63,812 nt of DNA, filler included, from Choristocarpus tenellus KU-1152 (GCA_964200185.2; 10 parts of 10 records of this genome joined end to end with filler, not necessarily neighbours in it); one strand, 5' to 3'. Shown: positions 24,002 to 37,998, counted from the first letter of the whole stretch. The notes: generated from the sequence alone by a model not told the origin. Numbers and translations are program-made.

Positions 24002-26214
24002 TAGAGTAGTGGTTGGTTTCCACACTTACAATGTTTTATAGTGTTCTTATGTTTAGGATATTTTATTTCTTTAGGGCTAATAACGACATATGTATAGTTT
24101 TGATTGGTTTCCCCCCTGACACATCTGCAAAATGTCTGCGGGCATAATAAAAAAATATATAGTATATGTCACTAAACAGATAAAAAACCATATAGACTAC
24201 TTAGCCCATATTGCACAAGAAGCAGTGTCGGTATAAAGAAGTACTCTACTAGTATCAATCAGTACCTACTACATAGCGATGAACGATATGTTTGGTCTCT
24301 ACTGAAAAGTAAAAGATGGTGATGTAGAACATGCACATCTTGCAATATTTTCGAATGCTCGCCATGATGTCCAAGTCGTATCTGCCGACCAAAGATCTCA
24401 AAGCTGCACCATGATCGGAATTCTCCTGATTTATAGTATCTGCAACCGAGGGGGGGATGTTGTGCTCAGGAATAAGCCCTGGGCAGTTTACCAGACTGAC
24501 CCTCACTCGACTTCCACAGGATCCTGCAGACAAGAGGGATAGAGAGGCCATGAACAAGAACAATCTAGGGAGCACTCTTTGGCTGTAGTTCACATAGTGT
24601 GGGAAAAGGACTACTGAAGAGAGAGCTTAGTTTCAGTATAGTACTATTTTTGTATTATATGGTGAGTTATGTATAAATATGAAAAGTAGATGTGTGGTGC
24701 AAAGTTTTTTTCTGGGATGTCCACTTCATCGTAGAATTCATCAATCGTAGGTGATATCAATCGCATCCTACACTGCAAGTGGTAGTTAGTGACGAGCATG
24801 AAGTATGAACTGACCTGGAAGAGAGTCCTTGCCCAACCATGCACGAAGAATTTATCCAGATGCTTCTCTGGGCATTACTCATCTGCCGCTTCAGCGGTAA
24901 ATACTTCCACCCTTTTGTGGTGCCGAAGAGCTAAGTCCACATCCAAGTTACTTACCCAGTTAGTCATCATGACTATATAACTCATCGAGGCAAACCTGGT
25001 GAGAAGAGAGCAACGGAGTAGCATAGGATTAAAGGTGAAGAGCGAGTCCATGCAACTTTCAACAAAGGAGAGGAAAATATCAAGTGGGGACTGTAAGAAC
25101 ATACACGCCATGTCAAGAAGAGCATGAAATATGAAGGTCTTATTCAGAGGCGAGGAAAGATACAGAACTCAATTCACCTGTTAGTGAGAAAACTTGTAGT
25201 CTTCTGATTGTTGTCCGACAGACCCTTTTTCCTCTCTAGGTCCATCATGATCTGTTTAACCTTCGCCAGGCCACCAGGTGATTCTGGTGTGATATCGATA
25301 TTAACTAAAAGTCTGTCCAGTCTACAGTATCACTCCGAAGTAATCCATTAGTGTTTGGGCGATCAAATCTGTAGTGGTGAGTATGCCAATGCTCTGGCTG
25401 TGTGCAATGAAGCTATAAATGTGCAAAGACGCTCATCCAATGTGTTTGCCATTGGATAGGAGGCAAAGGAGTGTTCTCTCTGCAACAGTGTTTCCTCTGG
25501 ACTTGAAAAGACCTGACAAATAGCGAAATGGAAGTGATAGTAGGACAAGGACTGACGTGAGTCAAAAATATGCTAACAAAGAAGCAAAAAAGCAACAGCA
25601 TGAGATATGTGACGAGAGTGATAATGTGTGAAAAAGTGGATTATATTCATATCGAAGACCAACAACATTCGCCACTGCAACTTTAAAAGACACATGGTAA
25701 TGACAGGACCGTAGATGCAACACTAAGATACTGTATAATATATATGGCAAGGAAAGATATTATTACGGCACAAGATTCAATGTAACAGTTGCTGGTATAT
25801 CATCACCTGAGACGTGCCCAATACACGACGCCTACATTTTTGGTGGGAGAAGCAGGGCAAGCGTTCTCCACCTGAATACACCTCATAGAAATGTATGGAA
25901 ATTTGCTTGAGGTGTTCAACTATAGATGGGTTGTGACTCACAAACTAATCAGACAAGACTGTGAAAATGAGTATTAGCAAATAGTTACATTGGCACCTTT
26001 GTTTTGGGGTTTGAATTGTTTTCTCCAAACGTAAAACAATATTTGACGATTTGTGGACTCTACAAAATGTACCTAATACCTAATTAGTCCAATACCCTCT
26101 AAGTCTGATTTTTTCCCTACCCACTAAAAACGTGTTCTCATTTTATAAAAAAATTACCGAATCCAAAGTAGGTTCTAAAAGTATATATTGTATCTAAGTT
26201 AACAACTGACTCTA
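24002..26214 (-). mobile_element. Possible decayed hAT-like DNA transposon
   Basis: Imperfect inverted termini tagagtagtggtt / aacaactgactcta. Near the 3' end, LPRLFLFMASLSLLSAGSC followed by a frameshifted VE resembles the hAT dimerisation domain. No clear 8-bp TSD. Confidence 0.35.
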
Positions 26215-26299
26215 AGGTGGAGTTACACATAATTTGGGTGACTCCATTGGAAAGCCGTCGCATTCATGCTCGATAAGAGTAGGTACTGCCAGAATCAAG

Positions 26300-29200
26300 A
26301 TGGAGAAATCTGGGTGGGGCATAATTTCTACTGCAAATATCGCTCGAAAGGTTGCTCGAGCAATCAAGTTATCTCCAAGTGCTGATATCATAGCTGTGTC
26401 GAGTCGTAGTCTTGACAAGGCCAAGTCCTTCGCAAATGATCTTTCCATTCCCAAGGTGTCGATCTTGTGATCTTGATGTCCCGTTTGATGTTAATTTCTC
26501 ATCTATACAAGCGTCTTCTGTAAAACCCAGCATCTTCCGCTAAATCATTTGTATTTTCTTCGATCAGTTGTTGCGTCGTCACCATGAGATCTTGTGGTCT
26601 TGGCATTACTTATGGTGTTGATCCCTATTATGCTTATCTCTCCCTATCTATGTAATCCTAAGCCTAAAATGTGAAGCCCAGCATCTTCTGTTAGATCATT
26701 TATATTTTCTCCGAACAGTTCTTGTGTCGTCCCCCTCGTCCCCTTCGCCATAATCATGTCGCCAGTAATACAGTTATATTTTTCTACCACAACGGCAGGC
26801 ATATGGCGATCACTCTGAACTTCTGCAAGACCCTGAGGTAGAGATAGTATATGTTCCTCTTCCAACGGCTGTAAGAAAGAAGGTGCGCCAGGACGTAAAA
26901 AGGGTGCCGTGACAGGCTCAAAGTATCTGGGGGGGAGGGGGGGGTCGACACCAGGGCGTCCATTCTGGCCCTGATCCGGATAAGTGCACTTAAATTATCC
27001 ATCCGACGCATGTATCCAAATCACACAAAAATCGAGGTGTGGAAAAACGGGTCCCGAATGGACAGCCAGCACCCCTCCCAAATACTTTGAGCCGACATCT
27101 GTAGGGGATGTGGATGTTTTTTTCTGAGTTCTCGATATAAGGCTACTATGGATTTTGCGACCGTGGTAGAATGAACCATTGCATATAGGGTCCAGGTCTG
27201 GTTATCGGCGCATGTGGTAATACGGGAATCACCATTCTATGTTGAAACATACTCCAGAGTATCAACCATCCTGCGTACATAGTGCAATCATTTAGAGTTA
27301 TGTGCTTTTGTCTTCTTTCGACTATAACCCTAAGATACTCCATTATCTTATCATTCCGTCTCAATATTACTCCTACAGTGGGTCCTTGCCGCAGCTGCAG
27401 CCAAGAAACATATTCTGTGCGAGAAGCCTTGTGCGGTGTCACTTGCTGACCTGAAGGAGATGGTGGATGCTTGCCGCGAAAATAAGGTCAGGAAATCAGG
27501 ATAAACATGTATTGTTTCACAGCACGAAAATAAGATGCTAGGTTCACAGGTGGTGATGGAGGAAGTGCACAATATGTTATTCGTCTCCTTCGAAATAAAA
27601 TCACTGTTGTTAAATGTGAACTCCTTCAATCTTCCTTGATTAGACGGCAGCAGAGAGAGTGTGAACTTCGAAATACCACTAGTTCTTACAGGATTTGTTT
27701 TATATTTACGTAGATCTATGTTTATCACAAGAGAGAATAATGTTTGCAGCCTTCGTGGACCCGAACGATTAGTCATATTTTCGAGCAACCTCAGACGCTA
27801 ACGAAAGAAGGCTCATACCTTCCATAGGAGAAATTATATTTCACTGATTGTAACCAAGCTAGAACTGCCAAGAAGTGAGTGTGAGGATGGTGGTGTAAAA
27901 TCATGTGATTGTGCAGAGCAACATTCTGATGTGTACAAGATGTAACAGTGCTGTTTTTTTTATGGATAGTGGGTATGCCTTCAAATAAATTTCATAAAAC
28001 GACTTGATAAGAGTGCATTGCTCTCTTCAATCCCATTAGGTGCAGTTCATGGATGGTGTTATGTTTGAGCACCACACCCGCTTGGAGCTCATTAAAATCG
28101 TTGTCGGTGGGGCTGACTTTGGGCCTATCAAGAATGTTACATCCCGCTTCAACTTTCCTGGTACCATTGACGAGCACTTCCGTGAATCCAACATCAGGGT
28201 GATTCCTCATATTCCCCAAAGCCTCTTGGTGTTGACCTTTTTTTGTGGAGTGCTTCAATATCTAAATAAGTATTAAATCTGATCTCTTTCTGAAGCTGAT
28301 AATTGGGCTTTGTGGTTTGGCCTTCTCTTTAGGATGAAGGCTATATTAATGCTGTTTGTGGGTTTGCGCCCTGGTCTGTACTCGCACACACTACATTGTT
28401 GAAGAATTTAGAAGATAAGAATTGGAACAAGGAATCCTCAACACAGTATAATGCAAATTGGTTTTATTCCAATCCCCCAAACATCTAACTTGGTTGGGCT
28501 GAAAAGTGATTTTCCTACGCAAGCAATAGTTTTCTATCTCGAACGAGTTTCCACTTGGCACAGAGGGAAGATTGTTCACTTAGTACGGCGTAGTGCATAA
28601 TATGTAGTGTAACACTACTTGAAATTAATCTGAGTAATGTATTTCATGGTTTTATAGACAAGAGATACTATTCTGCAAATTCGTACTATTTTTTCATCAG
28701 ATATACTTCTTCGGTTCTCGTGTTGCCCTAGACAGGGTAGAGAGTTTGATGGGGTCTGCATCAACCAAAGCACTTGCTAAGGGTCCAGCCCGGACCGTGG
28801 ACCAGTTGCTTTGTTTATGAATGGTCCTAGCTCTGGACGCTATGTTTTGTTACAGGTCTGGTTCAGACTGTGGTCCAGTCGCTTGTATTTGCGAAGGGTC
28901 TGGTCCAGGCCTAGGAGCTGCTCAGTCTCAAACTAGATAAGTGTATTGGACCAGTGTGGTTGGTAGAGCATTTCGGGCATGGAATGTTCGGGTACCATGG
29001 ATATTTTCAAAGTATGTTTATGTACTATGGTATCTTGTACATCTCACAGCCTAATCCATAGTAGCCAGGGCGGAGTCAGGTAGGGGTAGGGGCCTGATTC
29101 ATGTATTCGATCATCAGGCTGGTTGAGCGTATATTGTTTGTCGGTCGTTTTCACTCCAGGGACTCTGAGTTCTGCGTAAGGTCCAGTGCGGACCGTGGTC

Positions 29201-31245
29201 TGATTGGTTTTGGTTGTGACAGGTCTTGCCTTAAACCGCCAACTGTTTCTCAGGTCCAGTGTGCTGGCCAGCCCCCAACCCTAGTCCGCAAACCTGTTAG
29301 CTTTCCAGTCAGATATAGATGCCTGAGATTTAGAACGATCCCATGCAAAACGGTGCCCCCTTGACTCCTCACTTGAATTCCTCTCCTCCGCCCAATATCA
29401 AGTTATCATCTCCTCTTTCGCTAGCACTGTAACCTCCTCATCGTGAAAATACTTTTGAGCCCCTCAGCTGTTTCGACTCCCCGAACTGTCATTACATGCG
29501 CTGCTCCTCCCCAAACGTTATTTTGGTCAAGTTTTGGTGATATTTTTTTGCGAAAACGATTCAACATATCATATATTTTGAAGGTTCCCTCTTTCAAAGG
29601 TAAAGGGAATATATTTTCCATCAAAGCGAGGATTGTTTTCCCTTCTTCAATAGTATACATCTCTGTTCCACTTTGTATGCTACCGTAGGATGCTTCCTCT
29701 AGCGGGTAAAACGGGACTGATCCTGTTCCTGTGTAATCACATGTCTTGCACAATTGTTGCGTTGATTTTTTGTAGATGAATCCCGAAATGGAGCCCTTCG
29801 GAGCTCTTGGTGATCTGGGGTGGTACAATATCAGATTCGCGCTTGATCTATTTAGTGTCAGCGGAGCATACCCTGCACAAACACCAGAGAAGGTATAAAC
29901 CATATAAGTGTAGTACTTGTAGATAAGGTGAGGGTTTGGGTGCTGGCTCAAGATGAGACAAATCCATTTTTTTATTAGAAGAATGTATTATTTGGTCTCT
30001 GCTGTGCTTTGCGCTTGCTGGACATCAAATGCCTCTCTCTGTAGTGGGTGAGGTCAAAACTTGAGACTGGCATACAACCGTGCAGTTGATGTTCTACTAG
30101 GCGATATGATGTTTATCATCCCCCAAGAGAAGGATTCACCCACCAGACTAGTATTTTGCAAGGGGTGTGTGGCGGTTGTGCCTTCGTGCCTAACACAAAC
30201 TGATTCTGTAATGTGACTGCTGAGCGTCTTATCTCATGTCTTAAAACCACTGCACAGTTTGCTTTACTGACAGAGCTATTGTAGAACAAGATCAGAAAGA
30301 AAAATATTTTACAGGTAGGTGTGATCAATACTGTGTGAGAGTTGTTATTCAGACTACAGCTTAGACTTTAGGTTTCTTTTCTGTGTTAATTGAATTATGC
30401 TTGTTCATTGTGGACTTGGTTGTCGAAACAAGAAAACGTTGTTCTGTACCCCCACGTATTTGGCAAGTGAGTTTCACTTGCTCACAGTACTTGAGATTAT
30501 GACCCTAACCTCTAGCATTGAGCATCATTTTATAACAGTAAATTGTGCAGGTTCAATACATGTGGACAACATTATATCGAGGGCACCAAACAATGTACGA
30601 GTCAAAGTATCTTAGAGGGTAGAGTCGTGTCCATTTGGGGGCCAAAATCCAATGATGTGATTTTGATGTAATTTTGGTTATCGTGTTTGTTAGGAAGTGT
30701 CAATATTTATGTTTCGGACACACCTTTTCATAGCATATACATTTTACCTGCTGCTAAACATTTTGCAGTAGGAAAATATCATGAAAAAAACGTGGGAAGC
30801 CAAGCCTGAAATGGACAAACAGGGCAAACCTCGTACCCTCTAAGATACTTTCATTCTGTAGGGTGTCTCAACCGTCTATGAGAACCACATCCAGTGGGAG
30901 GATATTTGGGGTCCTGAATTCACTGAGAATATTTGGAACAAATCCATGCAGTGCTGAGGTTTAGGATGATCAAATTTGATAGTATTTTGGACCAGCATTT
31001 CCCTGGATTCATTGAGATCCACATTTAACTTTGCTGCAAGGAGTTCAGTTTGCGATTAGCCCATTAAAACACCAAGTCATGTTTGCCCCGCAGGTGGTGT
31101 GCCACTACCACGAGCAGGGAAAGAATGGGCTGCCAATTACATCTAGTGGAATATTGTTTTTCAGTGATGGAGGCAGTGCAACTTTCCACAATAGCTTCTC
31201 TCAGTGCTTCAATCAGGAGGCATCTCTGTGCAGCGACCGTTCAAG
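26300..31245 (+). CDS. Gfo/Idh/MocA-family NAD(P)-dependent oxidoreductase, exons 1-6 (3' end beyond the contig)
   Basis: Exons 26300-26455, 26799-26882, 27379-27486, 28040-28198, 29776-29892 and 31094-31245, all GT-AG and phase-consistent. Motifs WGIISTANIARK, AVSSRSLDKA, VYVPLPT, KHILCEKP, VQFMDGVMF.HH.R and GALGDLGWY. Confidence 0.93.
26519..26731 (+). repeat. Diverged direct duplication of about 60 bp in intron 1
   Basis: cccagcatcttc..atcattt.tattttct..gtcgtc at about 26519-26580 and 26670-26731. Confidence 0.65.
26915..27093 (-). mobile_element. MITE family B, full copy, TSD GACA
   Basis: gaca|ggctcaaagtatctggggg ... aaatactttgagcc|gaca. Confidence 0.92.
28735..29330. repeat. Degenerate element rich in GGTCCAG/GGACC subrepeats (intronic)
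   Basis: Many ggtccag/ggaccag/ggaccgtgg motifs; a similar cluster lies at about 50280-50730. Confidence 0.4.
30599..30856 (+). mobile_element. MITE family A, full copy (258 bp)
   Basis: TIRs gagtcaaagtatcttagagggt / accctctaagatactttcattc; flanks tgtac/tgtag. Confidence 0.9.
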
Positions 31246-31288
31246 GTTTGGTGACAATATCTCCGTCCTGCTTCTTTTTTTTTCTATA

Positions 31289-31355
31289 GAGTGAAAGTAT
31301 CTTAGAGGGTACGAGTTTTGCCCAGTTTGTCCATTTGGGGCTTGGCTTCCCATGG
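31289..31355 (-). mobile_element. MITE family A, partial (contig end)
   Basis: gagtgaaagtatcttagagggtacgag... Confidence 0.85.
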
Positions 31356-31455
31356 NNNNNNNNNNNNNNNNNNNNNNNNNNNNNNNNNNNNNNNNNNNNT
31401 TAATTAATTAANNNNNNNNNNNNNNNNNNNNNNNNNNNNNNNNNNNNNNNNNNNN

Positions 31456-33240
31456 CCAAGTCTATGGGATTGGTCACATGAAGAACTTCAATGGTTTCAT
31501 TTCTATCGGAAAAAGTCTGTCGTCAGTGAAACCATGGACTCTTGACTGGGAACCTCACTCGGTACCACGGTATAACATATGACATACGGCAATAACGGTA
31601 TAATAACAGACAAACATGCTTTCCACAGTAGGTGGATACAACAATGGGAGTTGGGTTTAGATATTTGCGACTAAATCCTCCTGTCTCATCGGCTTGGCAA
31701 TGAAGCCCTATCCTTTGACCTGGATGATGGAGGTCGCAATAGTGGCCCAAACAGCCCGGTCCCTCTTCCTATCTCCCACTCAACTTGTCCCATCAATGTG
31801 CAGTGGGAGACTTGTTTGTTCCCCCCCTCATTCCCTATTGATGATGACGGAGTCTTCAGCACAGCAATCCGAACGTAATCGTCTGAAGGATAGGCGGCGA
31901 TCAAGGGTGAATATTTCTTCGAGCAAAGAGCCCACCTTAGGTTCTAATATGCAGCCAAATGTTTTGCAGCCCAGTGCTCCCCAGGCAGACATACGTTCAG
32001 AAAATGGGTCGAGCCGTGGGGCTGGGAGACAACGGGAGCGTGAAAGGGTGATCGATTCTCTCTATAAACCGATGGGGGTTAATGTTGAGCTCCAGGACGA
32101 GACATGGCGACATTCTGTCTTTGAGTTCAAGAGGTGAGCTACATACACAAACCCCCTACGAAGCATGTAGGATGTGAAAACTGCCACTTGGAAGGTAATG
32201 AACTCTATGCTTCAAATGCAGGCAATTGTGGAATTTAGGAAGCAGCATGCTACTTTTCGATCCTATGTCACTAGATATTGCCCCTCAACTCCAGTCGGAT
32301 ATCGTGCCACCTACAAACACTTTCCTTGCTACGAGAAGCTGACATATCTCTCGTGTCGTTGTCATGGCCACTGTATAGCATCAATGATCCAGCGCACCGT
32401 CGCAACGAAGCCACCCCGCGACGTTCAAGGGCGAGTGGCACCCAGGTAGAAGACACGAGTCAGCATTTCGAAGTAAAATATGCGGAGCCACAATCGCTGC
32501 CCATCTCTTCTGGGGAAGATATGAGCTGGTTCAAAATGTGTGAGAGGCGAGACCTTGCCCCATCGGAGAAGCGTACGACTGTCTCAGAGCTCGGGCGGCC
32601 TGCGAAGGTGCTGATGTCAATGCTGGGTATCAAGAAAGACTGTAGCTTCGAGGAGGTATGTACTTGATACAAGAAATGGTATATTTGGGTGTCCAACAGA
32701 TTGCTGTTTACTCTCCCCTATATACATCAACACCTAGTAAGGCAACCTCATACCATATGCCCATCTCTCCCCTCGCTGCATTGGGGCCCCCCCAAGCATT
32801 CGGTGAACCTCCTTTAACAAAAGTTAAATGCCCATTCTCGCACGCACTTAACACACGCAGCTCCGGTCCAAGTATCGCGCAGAGGTCAAGATTTGTCATC
32901 CAGATATGGTTGCTGTGAGGACGAAAGGAGGTACCAGTGAAGTTCTGCTTGTTCGTTTCCGTCTCCTTTCCACAGCTTGGAAGGAGCTAAAGGAGCATCC
33001 TAAATTTTCCCTTCTCATTGACCAGGCACCACCGGAGAAGGCACGTGGTTCTGCTTCTCCTACTGCTATCCCACCAAGAAAGCCTATTACATTACAAAGA
33101 CGGCAGAAGCGACCCTCACATGTGAATATTGAGTATGAATCAGATTGTGATGACGTGGCTGGATCAAGCTGCTGAGTTGAGGCAGGTTTTACCACACCTT
33201 CGACTCTTAGTTCAGCCCCTGCAATGACAAAGCGCTGACA
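31456..33240 (+). pseudogene. Decayed coding-like region, possibly a DNA-transposon (hAT-like) relic
   Basis: Chain of overlapping plus-strand ORF pieces with frameshifts and no clear splice pattern; QAFGEPPLTKVKCPFSHALNTRS weakly resembles ERSFSxxK..R. Confidence 0.2.
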
Positions 33241-33349
33241 GTTGTGTTAGGCTTTTATGTTAAGATTATGGATGCTTAGAAGAAAAGATGGCGTTGCCCT
33301 GTGTCTAAAGTCAGGTCAGGGCTATAGTGTGCTAGAGTGGAGTGTGTTT

Positions 33350-34150
33350 AGCCCAGATAATCTATTCTGGGCTTGATGAGGTGTTCTAAGATACCCCAAT
33401 TTGATACCTGTTGTACAGGCGATTTACCTTTGGATTTGGTGGAGGTAAGGGGATGGACAGGAAGATGCATTCAGATGAAGAAAATTGCCCTTACATCTGA
33501 CGTTCAAACATATGACATGAAAATCACTACAGGGTCACACCGGTACCCAATGTAAGCCTCTCCCCCCCCTAGAATACTATGGGTTGTCTGATTGCATGCC
33601 TTGAGACTCTTTCCTTCAAATTGGTTTGCACCTGTACTGGTACACATAGTTGAGGTAGTCATGTTCAAGGCTGCTTTCGAATCTTTAAGCCCAAGAATAA
33701 TCAAGAGCTTAATGTCGCATTAGTATTAGGCAGTCACTGATTGCTGGTTTATTTTTTTGAGAACCTTTACACCTCTGTGGGGTATTGGTGTAGACTCTGC
33801 CATGAAGTCGTCGCCCCTCAGTTGCATTCATTCGTGTTGTTATGTGTACTGGAGTTATTTGGTTGGTGTAGAGTCTCTGATTGGTCCAGTTAGGAATGTC
33901 TTGATATCATTTTAGGACTACTAATTTCTCTTGTAGGGTGGACTGTGATACCTCCAGTATGGTAGAGTGTCCTGTGGTGTTCATAGGAATGTGTGGGTCA
34001 AAACACACAGGACTGGGTGGGTTCAGTGTTGAATCTGCTATGTTCACATCCAGTCTTTTATGTCATGTGATTTGTCAGTGGTGCCCAGTATCTCTCTGGG
34101 ACTTTTTGCTGCTGCAATTTCTTTTCTTGCCAAGTTGAATATATCCTTCC
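33350..34150 (-). mobile_element. Decayed LINE RT remnant
   Basis: DDFMAES (resembles DGFxAEF) followed by GYRCDPVVIFMSYV (resembles NYRPIxL), in LINE order; weak. Confidence 0.3.
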
Positions 34151-34680
34151 AGTTTTGTGTGCCGTAAATGGATGAAAGATGTGATCAGGGATGAGGTTGG
34201 GTAGTAGTTTTGTGTTTCATTTGATGTAAGATTTTTTTTAACACGAAGGTTCATTATAGTACGAATTTTGTTATGAAGGTGTTTTATTTAAGATTTCCGA
34301 ATGCATTAACCGTAGGATGCTCTCTACACATTCAAAGTGAATGTGAAGGGAGGGGATAGGATATTCTTTGCATATACCACAAGTATATACATACAATATC
34401 TGAGAGTCACTTCCGCCTCAAGGACACCTGTACTTGGTCTTTGATCCCTCTCCAAGAAAAAAAAAACGGACCTTGAATGCAGAGAATAAAACACCCACTT
34501 TCTGTGTGTTAGTGTGATGAAACTACAACAAATGAGAATAGTGCAGACTTCAGGAAATTCAACCATATTGTGAGTGTACAAAAGTGTAGGGCATGATTGC
34601 AGCAGAACAGTCATGAGAGGATTAAATTGTACTGGCAGATAGTATGAGGCACTCTTGTTACTATACACTTGATCTAATGA

Positions 34681-36177
34681 CTATGACGGTGAGATCTCCT
34701 TCCCATCCCCTGGCATTTTTAAGCCCTTTACCATATTTGTGTCTATGATCTCCCCGACTCCTTTGTCATTGGATGAATTGTCACGGTTATCAGTTTCATT
34801 GCCTTTGATGCATGCTCCACCATCTGTTTGGTAAAATTGGGATAAATCATGTTGCAAGCTATTACTAGTAGATTTGTCATCAGCAATATCCTCATCCCGA
34901 GGTCTCTTTTCTGCAATCCAGCTGATTGTGTTGCTATGGTTTCCCTTCCGACGCAGTACAGCCCCTCCACCCCCAATAGCATCTTGGTTGGAGCTGAGCT
35001 TGTGCTTGAGCAGGATCTGCTCGGCAAGAATCTTTGCCCGTTCATCCACTACCACTGGTTTCAATGCAGTTGTGGAATCTTCCACTTTTTTACTACCTGC
35101 TGCAGCCCGTGCTGCAACTGCTGCAGCCCTTAGGCTGGCAATCCCAGCCAGGTGGGGGGCATGGTGGAAGGGACATGCATCACCTTTTGTGCATCGGCCC
35201 TGGGCATGGAACCGGCAATTGGGGGGAGGAGGTCTTGGCCACGGCTGTGGGGTTATAAATGATGATGCACTTAGGTCCAGATTTTTATCTAGTGTAGATG
35301 CCGGAGGACGTGGCCTGGGTCGACGGGCATTTAGGGGTGCTTCAACGGATGGAATCTGAGTCTGTTCTTGTTTCATGAGCTCTATAGCTGTTGGGTGTCG
35401 AAGATTGCACCCACCATTACACATTCGACCTGTCAGGTGAGGGGACATTGTCCGAAGGAAACAAAGACGAGTCAGATCTTGAAATAGACAAGCACGTCAA
35501 CGGGCTAAGGCGGGAAGGCGGAGCCCTGGGTCTGAGTACCTTTTCGTCTGCAACACTTTAGAGAAGCACCAGGGACTACTTGCCCATCGTCGCCTTTAGG
35601 GGAGAAGATGGGATTTGTTCTAACTCACGTTGTCGGAGCTCCACATCCTCCTATAATCGATATGCAACATGGGGCCAAGGAACCAGTTGTGGACCTAGGA
35701 AATGACATAATAGTATCAACACATCAAAAAAACGGTAATCCAAAGGCGAGCAATCTTCCCAGAAGAGTTGATCCATACAATACTTTAATTCGAAGATCAG
35801 TTATGTTCTCACCTGCGGACCATATGTCGCAGACTTGGCTGCCGCTGTGAGCCCCCTCGTTGTGGCGGAAGGGACAATAGTGACCTGGCCGTTTCCATGT
35901 GCGTGAGATCAACGAGCCAGAAAAGAATAGCGATACAGCACATAAAGGGCGAACCAATGACACTCCAGGCAATGAGTGGTACTGGTTGACATGATGAGGA
36001 CAGGGCGAGGCGTGAGGTAGAGGTGGACGCTTTTGGCAGCTCTGGCTTCTTAGTGGGTGATGGAAGGGAGCTCAGCGATTTAGCGATTGTTGAAACAGAT
36101 CTAACATCGACAGCATTTAGCTTACCCTTGGAGCATCTGCTCTGCATGAAGTACTTGCAGTCTGTGACCTTCTGCAT
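34681..36177 (-). CDS. Triple CCCH zinc-finger protein, ZC3H11-like
   Basis: Exons 36177-36126, 35884-35813 and 35429-34681 splice in phase to give CKYFMQSRCSKGHYCPFRH, CDIWSAGRMCNGGCNLRH and CRFHAQGRCTKGDACPFHH. The first two fingers and their linker resemble the ZC3H11A N-terminus. Confidence 0.88.
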
Positions 36178-37289
36178 GGTAGTAGGTTCAAAATAACCGT
36201 GTTAGTCTTGAACTCTTACTGATTTAGTATATTTTCCAACCCTTGCGAAGGCGCTGCTATAGAAAGCCTTATCCAGCCATAACCCAGTTTCATCGTACAT
36301 CATAAAAGGGATGGAAATAGGTAATGAATGCCTGTATGTATTTCTTAATAACATGGGGCTCTTCACTGGGGAATTTTCGTCTCGCAGATTTCATTCTGAA
36401 CTATCAAATAGGAAATCTTATTAAAAAAAGGTGAAATCTCTACAGTCTCCTTGTAATTTGATCATCATTATTGAGACTGTGACCCTACCAGCCTTGACTC
36501 ATAATACTGATCGTGGCGACGAGTCAGATGATTGGCGGGTCGAAATGATCATGGACACCCCCCCTTTCAGTTGGGTTTGGTCTGTTGCCTTGACGGTGGT
36601 CATCCGAAGATCAGAGTAACACGACCCTGTGAAAGATGTCATCTCAAGAAGAGACCAGACATGGAATCCCTTTACTTGTGCGACTGCTAAGTTAGGTATG
36701 ATTTTGTGTTGATCTGCCTGTCCTCCGACACCATCTCAGCAAGTCATGAAACTGGTGGGCGTAAAGGTGCCAATTGGAATTCTTGCACTGCAAGACGCTT
36801 TGGAGTATTGAATCCAGTCACACAAGGAGGAAGGTAGGCAGGAACACTGTGATACTTGTCCTACTATGCAGTGAGATCACGTAGAGGAGAGTATTTGGAG
36901 TAGATATGGGAGTCGTGGAAGGTGTCCCTCCTGAGATATATATATATATATATATGAAGCTTCATTGAACCCGTTTTGTAGGTCTCCAGCTAATAATGAA
37001 CCCTTCGACTTATGTCCATCACTGCCAACCTTCGTATCTGCTTTTGTCGTCATCTTCACATATTGAAGTCCTCGCTCTATGAGGTCAAATTTGAGTGCCC
37101 TCTTTCGCTCTTATTGGGTTGAAAGGAACAGGTACTCTATCTATGCCTTGTTCTCTGCCACAATGCTTACCTCAAATCGTTATTCATCGTTGTGAGAGGC
37201 AAGTATAATCTAGAGGACAGAGCTTCTGGGTTATAACTGCCATCTCTGTCACTCTATCCATTAACTACCCCCTAGGGTCTTATCTCAAA

Positions 37290-37850
37290 GTACATCACAT
37301 CAGAGACTGAGGAGAAGTGCAACTACAAAGATCTTTTTCTAGAGGAAATGGCATATATGCCTGTCCTTGGGGTATGTACAAGAGAAACTTACAGCTCACC
37401 TGGCCATTGAGGCCTTGTGTCTGCTTGTGACACTCCTGCACCCACATGGCATACTGCTGGGGAATCGTGGGGGTTCTGGGGAGCATAGTTTAGTGTTCAT
37501 TCCACGTACAACACAGTTATAGACATGCTATCCTGAGATACAACATCTTGTTGAGGATGAGGTAATTATCATGCTAATATCCTATCCATCCGGCAGTGAT
37601 TCAATTATCTGATGTCCCACAACGTTCAGAGGACGTGCATGGGGTGAAACACCTCAATAATAAGCTTCATCACTAAATTATCACTATAATAACCACTTGT
37701 TGCGTGCCTGACTTGCAAAGATGGTCGGAAGGTGTCATTTCCGTTTGATGCCTTAACCTGGAGTGGAAACCTAGAGCTGCACATATTATGGAAGTTGTTT
37801 TCGTAGAAATCGTCCATGTAGGTTCCCAATAACAACTATTTGTTAGAATT
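37290..37850 (-). mobile_element. Decayed LINE 3'-region remnant
   Basis: Frameshifted translation with a YLSN..YRS..SR.R.S..R pattern followed by PKDRHICHF; same type as 15270-15900. Confidence 0.35.
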
Positions 37851-37998
37851 TTGCTTGTACGTTCTCTGTGAATCCTTTGTGTTCATGATTAAGCCTTGAG
37901 TATGTGATGTGGCAGTGTGTAAGGGCTCCAGTGTGTATGAAACAGCAGGTGGGTATTAGCTGTAACTTATTCTATTCCAGGTTGGCGATGAATCAGAG

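Noticed and set aside
29421-29951. 176-aa minus-strand ORF as a nested gene
   Set aside because: It overlaps oxidoreductase exon 5 in antisense, starts at TTG and has no recognisable motif.
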